DNA of 64,000 nt from an uncultured Candidatus Saccharibacteria bacterium (lineage in GTDB: Bacteria; Patescibacteriota; Doudnabacteria; UBA920), in assembly GCA_964473815.1 (NCBI GenBank), contig CAYYQK010000001.1:179845-243844 (forward strand), read 5' to 3'. Position numbers and translations under genes: made by a program. Below are positions 29,418 through 40,076 of this stretch, one piece after another. Position 1 is the first letter of the stretch. Each line of letters opens with the position of its first letter. The notes beneath the pieces are model-generated. The model did no database searches. It worked only from the letters and a program-made list of their open reading frames with translations, and was not told where the DNA came from.

Positions 29418-30529
29418 TAAGCCTTTGCTGATAATTTACTTTGTCGGGACACATTTAACACAATCCCACAGCCGGCTAAGGTTGTAATCATGGCTGTGCT
29501 CCCATAACTGAAGAATGGTAGCGGAATTCCGGTTAGTGGAAGTAAACCAGTTATTGCACCAATATTTACTACGACGCTCGATGCAATAATACCCATTATG
29601 CCAACAGATAACATTTTCCCGAAAAGATCAGGAGCGCGCAAAGCAATTTGCATCCCTCGATAAATAAAGGCCACAAAGAGAAGTAATATAACAAGGATAC
29701 GTATAAAGCCTAATTCCTCTGCCATAACTGCAAAAATTGAATCACTAGCTGCTTCGGGTAAATAGGAATATTTTTGTCGGGAGTGCCCGTAACCATATCC
29801 AAACCAACCGCCGCTACCAATAGCAATTAAGGCTTGGTTGATTTGATAACTAATACTTTGCGTACCAGTAGATCTGTTAAGGAAAGCAGTTAATCTATGC
29901 GCGCGGTATGGTTCGAGTTTAATGAGCAACAACATTGCAGCTGTTCCTGCACCTGCAAGCCATCCAAAATATCTTAGCTGAATTCCGCCAACGAACATTA
30001 CAATCGCCCCACTCATTATTAATGAAATCATTGTGCCGAGGTCAGGTTGCCACAAAATCAAAGCACAATACAAACCAATGATCATGACAGGTGGGAAAAC
30101 TGAGTGCATGAATCCTTTGTAGTGGTCGCGCTCGCTCATCCAGCCGGCCAAATAAATCACTAATGCTAATTTCGCTGCTTCTGAAGGTTGGAAAAAAATT
30201 GGTCCCAAATGTACCCAACGCGTCGCTCCATTAGCAGAAAAACCAATCCCTGGGATCTTTACTAACATTAATGCCCCCAATGTCGCAATTAATGCAAAAG
30301 GAATTATTTTTTTCCAAAAATGATAATCAATTCTGGAAATAATAAACATTCCTACAAGCCCGATACCAACTCCGTATAACAATTGATGAGAAAAGTAAGT
30401 ACTGGGATTCCCAAAGGTCTGTTGCGATATTACTGTTGATGCAGACCACAGCATTATTAAACCAATCACTAATAAGCCAATTAGTAATCCTAAAAAAATA
30501 TAATCAACTGATTTGGTATTTTTTGCCAT
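29417..30529 (-). CDS. ftsW: SEDS peptidoglycan polymerase FtsW
   Basis: GATRW, QPSEAAK, QPDLGT, GSGG..G.G.G.S.QK, PLTGIPLPFFSYG. Confidence 0.95.
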   Translation of the reverse strand: MAKNTKSVDYIFLGLLIGLLVIGLIMLWSASTVISQQTFGNPSTYFSHQLLYGVGIGLVGMFIISRIDYHFWKKIIPFALIATLGALMLVKIPGIGFSANGATRWVHLGPIFFQPSEAAKLALVIYLAGWMSERDHYKGFMHSVFPPVMIIGLYCALILWQPDLGTMISLIMSGAIVMFVGGIQLRYFGWLAGAGTAAMLLLIKLEPYRAHRLTAFLNRSTGTQSISYQINQALIAIGSGGWFGYGYGHSRQKYSYLPEAASDSIFAVMAEELGFIRILVILLLFVAFIYRGMQIALRAPDLFGKMLSVGIMGIIASSVVVNIGAITGLLPLTGIPLPFFSYGSTAMITTLAGCGIVLNVSRQSKLSAKA

Positions 30530-30536
30530 TTGTTTT

Positions 30537-31865
30537 TTAAGATTGTCGAGATACTAATTCTGCAAATTGATGACCACGCTGTGCGTAATTTTCAAACATA
30601 TCAAAAGAGGAAGCGCCTGGGCTAAGTAGCACCACATCCCCTGCTTTAGCCTGTTGTTTTGCCTCGTTCACTGCTTCCTTAAAATCTGTGAATGGACCAT
30701 ACACTTTGGAAGATAAATTACTTTTTTCTAGTTCTGGTTTTAGAATTGCCCCTACTTGTCCGAGTAAAATTATACTAACTAAATTTGTTCGGGCCTTTAG
30801 ATCGGCAACAAGTCCTGAATAATCGATATTTTTATTATCGCCACCTAAAAATAAATGCACTGGTTCTGTAAAGGAATTTAATGCAGCAATAGTGGTTTCT
30901 GGAACAGTAGAAATTGAATCATTGTAATATTTTACACCACCGAAGTCACCAACCAGTTGCAAGCGATGTTCTAGCCCGGCAAATTCCTGAATCACCTGCT
31001 CAATTATTTCCTTTGAAACTTTCAAATTTAAGGCCACCAAACTCGCGGCAGCAATATTTTGTAAATTGTGCACCCCACGCAGTTTACGATCCGCGCAGTT
31101 AATGGTAATTTTTTCACCGTCTAAGCTAATTTCAATTCTATTATTAGCTCCATCTATGAACACTCCAGAATCAGGTTGATGTTTAGAAGAAATAGTTTGT
31201 TTAACACCGCTTCCTTGCTGCCCAATAACTCTACTTGCTTCAAAGTCTTCGTTATAGATAGCAATGTCATGGCTATTTTGAAAAGCAACTATCGCTGCTT
31301 TCGCGTTATGATATTCATCTAAATTAGCGTGATGATTTAAATGATCAGAAGTCACCATTAAGCAGACACCAATTTGTGGACTTTGGTTTAAATCTTGCAA
31401 CTGGAAGCTAGACATTTCATAAACGATCAGATCTTCAGAGGTTAGTTTGTCTAAAAACTCAAGAGGTTGGGTCTTGCCAATATTGCCTGTTAAATAAATT
31501 TGTTTTTCGGGGAATGATTTTTGTAAAATTTCATGAATCAATGCACAGGTTGTTCCCTTTCCTTTTGTTCCTGTGACACCAATAATTTTTGCAGGGCAAG
31601 ATTCAAAAAACCATTTTGCTTGACTGGTTATTACGCTACCCGCTTTCTCGGCTTCTAAAATTTCTGGAGTCTGTCGCCAAATACCCGGACTACGAAATAT
31701 AATTTCGAAATTTTTTAGTGTAGCCAGATAGTCATCACCATCTTTTGCTTTATCTAAAACAGTAGCCTGCAAGCCATGTGAATTAAGATATGATAAAACA
31801 GCTTGGCCTTCTTGGCCAAACCCTAAAATAGCAATCGACTTGTTTTGTAAATCAGATAACTGCAT
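30537..31865 (-). CDS. murD: UDP-MurNAc-L-Ala:D-Glu ligase
   Basis: GVTGTKGKGTT, EMSSFQL, DHLNHH, HRLQ, YNDS, LSPGASSFDMF. Confidence 0.95.
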   Translation of the reverse strand: MQLSDLQNKSIAILGFGQEGQAVLSYLNSHGLQATVLDKAKDGDDYLATLKNFEIIFRSPGIWRQTPEILEAEKAGSVITSQAKWFFESCPAKIIGVTGTKGKGTTCALIHEILQKSFPEKQIYLTGNIGKTQPLEFLDKLTSEDLIVYEMSSFQLQDLNQSPQIGVCLMVTSDHLNHHANLDEYHNAKAAIVAFQNSHDIAIYNEDFEASRVIGQQGSGVKQTISSKHQPDSGVFIDGANNRIEISLDGEKITINCADRKLRGVHNLQNIAAASLVALNLKVSKEIIEQVIQEFAGLEHRLQLVGDFGGVKYYNDSISTVPETTIAALNSFTEPVHLFLGGDNKNIDYSGLVADLKARTNLVSIILLGQVGAILKPELEKSNLSSKVYGPFTDFKEAVNEAKQQAKAGDVVLLSPGASSFDMFENYAQRGHQFAELVSRQS

Positions 31866-31873
31866 TGGGATTT

Positions 31874-33442
31874 TTATCGTTCTTTTTTAAGAAAAACTCC
31901 AGCTTGGGTACCAGTAGGAATATTATTTGTAACCGCACGTTGCCCATTAACCCATACGCCAATTACCCCCTCTGGGTAACGGAAAGGATTCTCTAAACTG
32001 GACTGAGAGTCAATTTTCAGCATATCTAAGAGGACTAAATCCGCCTTGTTGCCAATGGTAATGCTCCCTCGATTTTTTATCCCTGCTTTTTGCGCAGGGC
32101 CAAAAGTCAGTTTTCGAATCGCTTCAGACAGGTTAATAGATTTAGATTTTATAACGTTATGCAAGAATTTAGGCGCAGTTCCAAAACAGCGCGGATGCAC
32201 TAATTTAGATGTATCGTTTACATCGTAACCGCTGCCATTAGTCGCAATAAAACTTAATGAATGATTACAAAAGGCATCTACAACTTTATCGCTTAAGCTT
32301 TTATCAAAAACTAAAATTTCAGTTCCGCCATTCTCAATTAAGTGCAACAGAGCCTCTTCGCTGGTAGTTCCAAAATCCGCAGCGATAGAAGAAATAGTTT
32401 TTCCGGTAACCATTAATTTTGCAGCAGTCGAAGCAACTATTAAATTTGGAATATCGCTGTGAGAAGTGTTAAGTGCCTGCAAAACTTTTGTCCGTTGAGT
32501 TTTATCGCGTAAGATTTCTATCAATTGTAAACGACCACCAGCAGTGGCCCAAGTTGGTAAATAAGTATACAGAGCTTGCCATGTTGATGTGTATGGATAA
32601 ACATCAAAGTGAACATTGGTGCCTCGGTGCCAGGCGTTTTCTATTTCTGCTAGCACATCTGGCAGAAGTCCCCAGTTTTCTTTGTAACGAATTTTGATGT
32701 GCGAAATTTTTAGATTCGCTTTTGCGTGTTCAGCTGCGGCAATTACTTCGCGCACACTTGCTACCACGTCTTCGCTTTCATCTCGTAAGTGAACCGCTAA
32801 GTAAGCATTATTGGCAGCAACCATTTGAGCAATCTCGTATAATTCGATGTCGGAAATATTAGCCTCGTGAGCGTAAGCAAAACCCGTAGAAATCCCAAAT
32901 GCTCCTTGATCCAGCGAATCATTGGCTAGGCGTTTTAAAGTTTCTAATTCATCTGCGGAAATTGGAGTTTGACGATCTCCAATAAGGCCGCGCCGCAAAG
33001 TTGAATACCCAACCAGACTTGCTACATTGGGCCCAAATTTCTGCTGCGACATCGTTTCTACAAACTCATCAAAACCGCGCCAGTTTACATTCACGCCATC
33101 AAGGGTGTGCCACTTTTGCAATGACAACAAAGCATTCTCGGAAATTAACGGCGCTAAACTTGCACCAGAGTTTCCTACCATGACAGTTGTGTAGCCTTGA
33201 GTGATCATGCTGTGCAATAACGGTCCGTCGAACAATCGCCAATGACTGTCGCTATGATCTTGCAGATCAATGAATCCAGGAGCTAAAACCTTACCCTCTG
33301 CATGAACAACTTCCTGCGCAGACGATTTAATCTCCGAGGCAATATTAACTATCCGATCGCCTTCTACTGCAACATCAGCAGTAACAGGCTCTTTGCCCAT
33401 CCCATCAATTACCGTGGCGTTTTTAATAAGTAAGGAATACAT
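31874..33442 (-). CDS. N-acyl-D-amino-acid deacylase homologue (amidohydrolase fold, degenerate active site)
   Basis: LAPGFIDLQDHSD, FDVYPY, HPRCFGT, GNKADLV. Confidence 0.85.
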   Translation of the reverse strand: MYSLLIKNATVIDGMGKEPVTADVAVEGDRIVNIASEIKSSAQEVVHAEGKVLAPGFIDLQDHSDSHWRLFDGPLLHSMITQGYTTVMVGNSGASLAPLISENALLSLQKWHTLDGVNVNWRGFDEFVETMSQQKFGPNVASLVGYSTLRRGLIGDRQTPISADELETLKRLANDSLDQGAFGISTGFAYAHEANISDIELYEIAQMVAANNAYLAVHLRDESEDVVASVREVIAAAEHAKANLKISHIKIRYKENWGLLPDVLAEIENAWHRGTNVHFDVYPYTSTWQALYTYLPTWATAGGRLQLIEILRDKTQRTKVLQALNTSHSDIPNLIVASTAAKLMVTGKTISSIAADFGTTSEEALLHLIENGGTEILVFDKSLSDKVVDAFCNHSLSFIATNGSGYDVNDTSKLVHPRCFGTAPKFLHNVIKSKSINLSEAIRKLTFGPAQKAGIKNRGSITIGNKADLVLLDMLKIDSQSSLENPFRYPEGVIGVWVNGQRAVTNNIPTGTQAGVFLKKER

Positions 33443-34483
33443 TTATTTATCCAAAAAGAAAATTATCACGCCAATTATTCCAGCCACGACTGATAAAATC
33501 CAAAAGCGCATTGTGACTTTGGATTCCGGCCACCCCAATGCTTCTAAATGATGATGTATTGGCGCGCTTAAAAAAAGTTTTTTCTTAAAAGCATGGCGCC
33601 ATACATATTGCAAGAGCAAGGTGGCTGCTTCAATAACAAAAATAATTCCAATGATAGGCAGGAGCATCACGTGATTGGTTAAAAACGCCACTATCGTTAT
33701 TAAGGTTCCCAGTGCCATTGAGCCCGTATCACCCATAAAAAATCTGGCTGGATGAACATTGAACCACAAAAATGCTAGTAAGGCTCCGCATATCACACCA
33801 AGTAAAGTCGCTAAATTAGGGCTTCCCTGAAAGTAAGCAATCACACCGAAACAGAAAAACGAAGTGGCTAATGTGCCGCCCGCTAAACCATCCAAACCAT
33901 CAGTCTGGTTAACAGCGAAACTTGTACCGACTACAACCAAAATAAAGAAAGGAATGAACCATAACCCTAAAACATAATCACCATAGAAAGGAATGTGTAC
34001 TGCATCATGGCCAAGTTTAAAATAAAACCACCACGCACCCAAGGCGGCAACCAATGCGTATAGCATTAGTTTGACTCGGAATCGAATCCCGCGGCCTTTA
34101 TGTCCGCGGCCACGAATATCCAAGAAATCATCTAAAGCGCCAACAACTGCAGCTCCAAACATCGCTACGAGCGGTAATAGAGTTTCTTTGCGAGTGAGAA
34201 AATTGAAAATATGAAAGTCTCTAATCTGTAATAGGCGGTCTAGGAACCAAAAGCCGGCGGCTAAAGACAAAGCTGTTCCCCAAACTAAAATTCCACCCAT
34301 CGTAGGTGTGCCGCGCTTCTTTTCGTGCAAGCTGGAATATACAGGCGTGCTGCCATCAGAGCGAATATTTTTGCCTAATTTAAAGCGGTAAAGTAAATCT
34401 GTGAGAAGTGGAGTTAGGACAATTGCAAATAGGAAACCAATCGAACTTAAACTAAAAATTTTGATCAAATCGTCCGTATTCAT
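33443..34483 (-). CDS. mraY: Phospho-MurNAc-pentapeptide transferase
   Basis: KRGTPTMGG, LDD, NQTDGLDGL, FMGDTGS, APIHHHLE; start re-set to MNTDD. Confidence 0.96.
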   Translation of the reverse strand: MNTDDLIKIFSLSSIGFLFAIVLTPLLTDLLYRFKLGKNIRSDGSTPVYSSLHEKKRGTPTMGGILVWGTALSLAAGFWFLDRLLQIRDFHIFNFLTRKETLLPLVAMFGAAVVGALDDFLDIRGRGHKGRGIRFRVKLMLYALVAALGAWWFYFKLGHDAVHIPFYGDYVLGLWFIPFFILVVVGTSFAVNQTDGLDGLAGGTLATSFFCFGVIAYFQGSPNLATLLGVICGALLAFLWFNVHPARFFMGDTGSMALGTLITIVAFLTNHVMLLPIIGIIFVIEAATLLLQYVWRHAFKKKLFLSAPIHHHLEALGWPESKVTMRFWILSVVAGIIGVIIFFLDK

Positions 34484-34489
34484 AAATAT

Positions 34490-34500
34490 ATTATACCACA
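34490..34500 (-). promoter_or_regulatory. Extended -10 promoter of mraY (leaderless geometry)
   Basis: TGTGGTATAAT, 6 nt before ATG 34483. Confidence 0.7.
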
Positions 34501-34516
34501 TATTAAGCAAAAACCC

Positions 34517-35452
34517 CTAGTTCGGGGTTAATTGCGCTTTGAGTAGTTTGGTGTCGCCTTCTCTGTCCTGGCTATCTAGTACGATAATGACAAATTTTCG
34601 ATCTTTGTGATGAATGGCTGTAATCATCGCACCCTTCGCCTCGTCTGTAAAACCTGTTTTTATAGCAAAGATTTCCGGATCCGATTTAATTAGAGTGTTG
34701 GTTGCTTTGACGTAATAACTATTGCCATTCTCACTCGTAAAAGAATAACCAGTGCTTTTATCTATGTCTTTAAAAAATTCAATGGGCTGCAAGGCTAATA
34801 CTAGTTTTTGTAAATCTTCTGCTGTTGAATAATTTTGTTCGCTATCAAACCCAATTGGATTCTCATAGTGCGTTGAATTCATTCCTAATTTTTTTGCTTC
34901 ACTGTTCATGAGTTCTATCGCACTCACGTTTTTTTGAGTACCAATGTATTGACCGAGAGCTTTGGCGGCATCATTTGCAGAACCGATTAACATCGAGTTT
35001 AATAAATCTGAAATTTTAACTCTATCGCCTACTTTCAAACCTAACACTGGATTAATATTTTCTGTACTTGCGCTTGTAATTCCCCATACATCGTCTCGGT
35101 GACCATACTTTGTTACAACGTACGCGGTCATCAATTTTGTCAGGCTGGCAATAGCCACACTAGACTGCGGATTCCGGCTGGCAATGGTTTTACCACTGAC
35201 TTCATCAAACACCAAAAAACTGCCGGCTTTCACATTGGCACCAAACTGCGCGTTGTCCACAGGCTGGTTAAAAGTTCCTAAATTAGCATTGTCATTCTGC
35301 TGGCTTTTTTTGCCCATATCTACGCCAGATTCAGGAGCCAATAACGGATTGCTGAAAATAAAAACCGCGCCAGCCAGTACCACTAGCACGACAATTAGAC
35401 CAAATAATCTTTGCGAATGTTTAGATTTTATTATTTCCTTCACTTTTCCCAT
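34517..35452 (-). CDS. Serine D-Ala-D-Ala carboxypeptidase (peptidase S11)
   Basis: ASLTKLM (SxxK), SAN (SxN), KTGFT. Confidence 0.92.
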   Translation of the reverse strand: MGKVKEIIKSKHSQRLFGLIVVLVVLAGAVFIFSNPLLAPESGVDMGKKSQQNDNANLGTFNQPVDNAQFGANVKAGSFLVFDEVSGKTIASRNPQSSVAIASLTKLMTAYVVTKYGHRDDVWGITSASTENINPVLGLKVGDRVKISDLLNSMLIGSANDAAKALGQYIGTQKNVSAIELMNSEAKKLGMNSTHYENPIGFDSEQNYSTAEDLQKLVLALQPIEFFKDIDKSTGYSFTSENGNSYYVKATNTLIKSDPEIFAIKTGFTDEAKGAMITAIHHKDRKFVIIVLDSQDREGDTKLLKAQLTPN

Positions 35453-35468
35453 TATAAAGCATAATTCA

Positions 35469-35498
35469 TTGACAAGCTATCCGGCTACAAGCTATGAT
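35469..35498 (+). promoter_or_regulatory. trxA promoter
   Basis: TTGACA-18-TATGAT. Confidence 0.65.
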
Positions 35499-35520
35499 AT
35501 TCAAGCATTAATAAACATTT

Positions 35521-35850
35521 ATGAAAGAAATCAAAGTAGATAATAACAATTTTCAGGACGAAGTCCTTAATTCTGAGCTCCCTGTATTAGTTGATTTTTG
35601 GGCTGAATGGTGTGGTCCTTGTAAGATCATTGGTCCGATTTTGTCAGAGTTAGCCGAAACTTATGATGGTAAGTTCAAAGTCGCAAAGTTGAATGTTGAT
35701 GAAAATCCAGACTTAACTGGTCGCTATCACGTACAAAGCATTCCAACCATGAAGTTCTTTAAGAATGGTGAACCCGTTGGTGACATTATTGGCGCAGCTC
35801 CGAAGAACACTATCGAAGAAGAAATTAAAAAACAGATTGCTGCAGCGTAA
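35521..35850 (+). CDS. trxA: Thioredoxin
   Basis: VDFWAEWCGPC, SIPT. Confidence 0.97.
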   Translation: MKEIKVDNNNFQDEVLNSELPVLVDFWAEWCGPCKIIGPILSELAETYDGKFKVAKLNVDENPDLTGRYHVQSIPTMKFFKNGEPVGDIIGAAPKNTIEEEIKKQIAAA

Positions 35851-35861
35851 ACCAGATTTAC

Positions 35862-35886
35862 AAAAAACTCCCGCAAGGGAGTTTTT
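35862..35886. terminator. Bidirectional terminator between trxA and the ATPase gene
   Basis: AAAAACTCCC-GCAA-GGGAGTTTTT. Confidence 0.85.
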
Positions 35887-35896
35887 AAATTGCTGC

Positions 35897-37684
35897 TTAA
35901 AGAGTTTGGGTTTCACCCGGCTGAAGCACACCAGAATTTGATTGCCTGGCTGTTTCAGGAATCACGGCTTCGGTTGGTTTTTCCGGGATAGCGGTATTAG
36001 TATTAAAAGCTGCTTCTACTCTGTCAGTTAAGTCTTTTTTCTTTAAAGTCTCGTTGGTAGTTTGCATTTTGGCTGCTGTATCCCAAATTGGATTACTCTT
36101 TGAATTTGGTTTTTTATTCTGCTGTGGCTTCTGCGGTTTTTTACCAGCTTGTGCAGGGTTATTACGCATGTTTTGCATGCGCTCCTTGAATGAAGAAGAA
36201 ATTTTAACAGCGGGTTTACGCGGAGCTTCTTGTTGCTGGGTGGGTTGGATCTGTGGTGGTGGTTCGACAGATTCGTTATGTGGTAGCTCTTCTTTGATAG
36301 GCTCCAGTATGACTGATTGCTCCGTAGCTACTGCTTGCGGCCGTTCAGTGTGCTCCACACCGCTGGCGCTGTCTGCTGCGGCTTCATGGAATTCAGTTCC
36401 CATCCAACGATTAATTTTATCTTCCACTTCAGCGGCAGGATTAGCGTACCGTTCGCGGGAAACTTTGATTACCTTATCACCGTTTCCAGTGAACCAATTT
36501 TCATCAACCTGAAGAGCGTGCGCAGTAAAAGGATCACTGGCCACACCGTTAATCATTAACTTTAGAATAATATTATATTTCGGAATATTTACAATGTCAT
36601 TAGGAGTAAATGACGGGGCAAATTCTGTTTCTAAATATTCGGCGTCAGCTGCCCCAACGCGGAACACAATCATACTGCCAACGTTGCCAAATACCGCATC
36701 TCGCATCTTAGTATTTCCTTCTGGCATTAATTGTCCGATATACTGATGGCCCATGGTCAAATTCAAGCGGTATTTACGGGCCTCAGACAAGATAGTCGCA
36801 AACGAATCAGTTACAAAGTTTTGAAACTCATCAACATACAAATAGAAATCTTTACGATCTTCTTCGGGGATATCTACGCGCGACAAAGCAGCCAACTGCA
36901 ATTTGGTAATAATCATTGCCCCTAACAAAGCCGAGTTATCTTCTCCCACTTTTCCTTTAGAGAGGTCAAGGAGTAAAATTTTACGGCTATCCATTATTTC
37001 TCGCAAGTCTATGGTACTTTTTGGCTGGCCAACAATATTTCTAATAACACCCGATGACAAAAACTGCCCAACTTTGTTTTGAATCGGTGCCACGGCTTCA
37101 GTTCGATACTTTTCTGCGTAATTAGCAAATTCTTCCAACCAAAAAGCGCGCACCATTGGGTCTTTAATACTGTCGACAATTTTCTTACGGTACTTTTTGT
37201 CGACATACATGCGCACAATACCAAGCATGGTGTTGCCAGGACTATCAAGCAAAGCCAAAATAGTGTTGCTCAAAATATATTCCATACGACTAGACCACAT
37301 GTTCGCCCAAATTTTAGTAAACACACCCATCAAACCCGAAGCAACTAAGTGCTTGTACTTGCTGTCAACGGCTTCGAGGATATTAAATGCAATCGGATTA
37401 TCAAGATCAGCGGGGTTAAAGTACACGACATCATTGATGCGTTCATTCGGCACGTAATCCAAAATTTTTCTGATTGAATCACCATGAGGATCGATAAAAC
37501 AAACTCCATTGCCGTTGCGGATGTCCTGAATAACCATGTTTTCCATCATGGTGGTTTTACCCATACCGGTTTTACCGATAATGTACATGTGGCGGCGGCG
37601 GTCATCAGTTTTAATGCCAAAAGGCACTTGCCGGTTACGGAAGTTGGTTTTGGCAAAATAATTGATTTGTTCTTTTTCAGACAT
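35897..37684 (-). CDS. VirD4/TraD/HerA-like coupling ATPase with disordered C-terminus
   Basis: DRRRHMYIIGKTGMGKT, IDPHGD, LYVDEFQNF, SEARKY..L..HQY. Confidence 0.88.
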   Translation of the reverse strand: MSEKEQINYFAKTNFRNRQVPFGIKTDDRRRHMYIIGKTGMGKTTMMENMVIQDIRNGNGVCFIDPHGDSIRKILDYVPNERINDVVYFNPADLDNPIAFNILEAVDSKYKHLVASGLMGVFTKIWANMWSSRMEYILSNTILALLDSPGNTMLGIVRMYVDKKYRKKIVDSIKDPMVRAFWLEEFANYAEKYRTEAVAPIQNKVGQFLSSGVIRNIVGQPKSTIDLREIMDSRKILLLDLSKGKVGEDNSALLGAMIITKLQLAALSRVDIPEEDRKDFYLYVDEFQNFVTDSFATILSEARKYRLNLTMGHQYIGQLMPEGNTKMRDAVFGNVGSMIVFRVGAADAEYLETEFAPSFTPNDIVNIPKYNIILKLMINGVASDPFTAHALQVDENWFTGNGDKVIKVSRERYANPAAEVEDKINRWMGTEFHEAAADSASGVEHTERPQAVATEQSVILEPIKEELPHNESVEPPPQIQPTQQQEAPRKPAVKISSSFKERMQNMRNNPAQAGKKPQKPQQNKKPNSKSNPIWDTAAKMQTTNETLKKKDLTDRVEAAFNTNTAIPEKPTEAVIPETARQSNSGVLQPGETQTL

Positions 37685-37727
37685 GTAAGTTTAGAATAAC
37701 ACTAAATGATGAAGATTATATAGCGAA

Positions 37728-38894
37728 CTAAATTGGAAGGTTTGCAGGAGGAGCAACTTTGCGGATATCCACAGTTTCCACTGCAGCTGGAGCAATGGTG
37801 CCTTGTTCAGTAATTGGAAAGTGAAAAATCGTCGCCAGTTCTTCGGTGTTTAAAATAAAACCCGGTTCTCCTACCCATGTACTCCGATCTTTAAAACCAT
37901 TAAAGATATTAATTTTTCGCTGTCGCACCCAATAATTAATAAAAGGAGCTTCTAAAGTTTGCGATATGCGCCAATCGAGTTTTGTGGAGAATGCCGGCTT
38001 TAAGCCATTAAAGTTTGCTGAATTGAATACCTTGAAAGGACTTAACACTAATTTCTTAGCGTCAGCATTGAATACATCTTTAGAGCCAAGATGTAGAATA
38101 CGCATTTTGGTTCTAAAGGCAACTTTCCCTAATTTAGCTTTAACTGCGGCGATTCGTAGTTTGGTAATATCATCCAATTCCACAACTGGTTTTCCATCAG
38201 CAAGTTTTTCAGCAACCGCATTTGCTTCATCTTTCCAGGAGGCATCCGCAACTGGTTGGATAACCATTTGGAACGCATATAATTCTTTCGGATGAAGTCT
38301 AGTGAAGACTTCCAACATTGGAGCAAGAGGATCAACCACTTTTTCACTGGCATCAGGACCTTTTTGGCTGATAAAGTCGCGGTAAGTCCGCAGAGGCACT
38401 GATTCTTTGTCTACCAATACAAAATCAGCACCAAATAAATCGTACTTATCAGAATCGGGGTCATAATTAAAGTTGGCGAGATAGTCATTGACCTCATGCA
38501 TTTCAATATGCGGATAGTTTGCGTAAAAGGCGGCTTCAATAACTTCGCGATGTTTGGTCGGGATGCGAATCATGTAGGAAATTTTTCCACCCAAGCTAAC
38601 TATTTCGAGTGACATCCAAAAAACTAACCGACCATCGATATATTTTTCCTGGAAATTATAATTATCAAACAGAATGTGGAGCTGGACAAAGATTTGTTCA
38701 GCATTGGCAAAGCTTGAAATATTTTCTTTTGGCGGCTTAATTTCTAAATATGTCCATTGAATCGACTTTTTGAAGTTGGTGTTAATTTCGTTCATGTAAA
38801 TCTTGAACGCCAACCAGAAAAAGAGCGGCACAAAAACGAGCCACCCGCCGTGACTAAAGATCACCCAGAAAACATGTAGTAAAGAGGTATTCAT
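37728..38894 (-). CDS. Conserved membrane-anchored partner of the coupling ATPase
   Basis: N-terminal TM, W.YLEIKPP, SLEIVS, PLRTY, DPLA, ILNTEELATIFHFP. Confidence 0.7.
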   Translation of the reverse strand: MNTSLLHVFWVIFSHGGWLVFVPLFFWLAFKIYMNEINTNFKKSIQWTYLEIKPPKENISSFANAEQIFVQLHILFDNYNFQEKYIDGRLVFWMSLEIVSLGGKISYMIRIPTKHREVIEAAFYANYPHIEMHEVNDYLANFNYDPDSDKYDLFGADFVLVDKESVPLRTYRDFISQKGPDASEKVVDPLAPMLEVFTRLHPKELYAFQMVIQPVADASWKDEANAVAEKLADGKPVVELDDITKLRIAAVKAKLGKVAFRTKMRILHLGSKDVFNADAKKLVLSPFKVFNSANFNGLKPAFSTKLDWRISQTLEAPFINYWVRQRKINIFNGFKDRSTWVGEPGFILNTEELATIFHFPITEQGTIAPAAVETVDIRKVAPPANLPI

Positions 38895-38926
38895 AGTAGT
38901 TGTGTTTTTGTTTTGGGTTTCAAGAG

Positions 38927-40012
38927 TTAAGCGATTGTGTAAAGATTCTTACCAACTTTTTTTACTAATTTTTTGTTGGACAAACCAACTAAAATTGTAT
39001 TGGTCTTAACCATGCGGCGTTTTAACACTTCTTCAATAATGTCTTCACGGCTCAGTGGCTTATCAGATTCTTTTAGAATATTAACAATGATATCAGATAC
39101 AACGCCTGGCTTATAACCCCATTCAGAAAGAGCGTAAATCCCGCGGCCAACCAAAACAAAACGTTTGTCTTTAATTAGTTTGTTGTGAACAGTTTCTTTG
39201 TAGGCTGTGCGTTTGTCTAAACCGTGTTGATTAATTAAATCGGTAATTACCGAATAGTGTTCTGGTTTACCATGATGCTTCATTACTAAATAAGCTTTAT
39301 CGCCCACATCCTTTGGACGAATTTCATTCCAATGATGCAAACCAAATTCGCCAAATGGATTTTTGTGAATGCCAGAAGCAGTTTGTAAATAGTTGATAAT
39401 TACCCGTTCAGGTAATTGATTTTCGTACTTTTTGTAAAATTCTGAAGCAGAAAATTTTTCAATGAATTCATCAGGTTTTAAAGGTTTGCCATGGTTATCC
39501 AAAATACCTTTAGTTGTTTTGATGAATTCTTTTAAGAAGTCTTTATCAAAGCCAAGGCGAGACCAAGATTCTTTAATGTGTTCATCTTCGCGGTGGTTTT
39601 CTAATTCAGCCATCAAACTCAATATAAACTTCAAAGAATTGGCTTCTTCTTCGTTTTCAGCACCCAAATGACCCATTAAAGCTTTTTCCGCCATAATACC
39701 GCCATGTTCTGAAATGGTAGTAAGCAAAAGATCGCGCGCACTAATAAAAGAGTCGAGCTGTTGTACTCCGCGCTTGAGGTTCTTTAGTAAATCTTTTTCA
39801 ATTTGGCGAACACGCTCACGGGTTAAACCCTGTTCTTCGCCAACAGTCTTCAAAGTTTGTTGTTCTTCTCCGTTTAAGCCATAACGCTTAGCTAAAATGG
39901 TCTTTTCGCGGTCCTTTAAAGGATCCAAAATTTTGGAGATGATTAGATTTAGTTCGAATTGTTGTAATGATTCCTTTTGATGAGAATCAATAATGGTGTC
40001 TAAAATGCCCAT
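38927..40012 (-). CDS. Sigma-70 region 4 HTH fused to tandem winged-helix (HARE-HTH-like) domains
   Basis: RYGL...TL..VG...GLTRERVRQIE; TVHNKLIKDKRFVLVGRGIYALSEW. Confidence 0.8.
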   Translation of the reverse strand: MGILDTIIDSHQKESLQQFELNLIISKILDPLKDREKTILAKRYGLNGEEQQTLKTVGEEQGLTRERVRQIEKDLLKNLKRGVQQLDSFISARDLLLTTISEHGGIMAEKALMGHLGAENEEEANSLKFILSLMAELENHREDEHIKESWSRLGFDKDFLKEFIKTTKGILDNHGKPLKPDEFIEKFSASEFYKKYENQLPERVIINYLQTASGIHKNPFGEFGLHHWNEIRPKDVGDKAYLVMKHHGKPEHYSVITDLINQHGLDKRTAYKETVHNKLIKDKRFVLVGRGIYALSEWGYKPGVVSDIIVNILKESDKPLSREDIIEEVLKRRMVKTNTILVGLSNKKLVKKVGKNLYTIA

Positions 40013-40076
40013 GATTTTCTTGCTATAACTGAGATGGTTTTTGGCGTAAAACAGCCAAATTCCTTATAATAAATCG

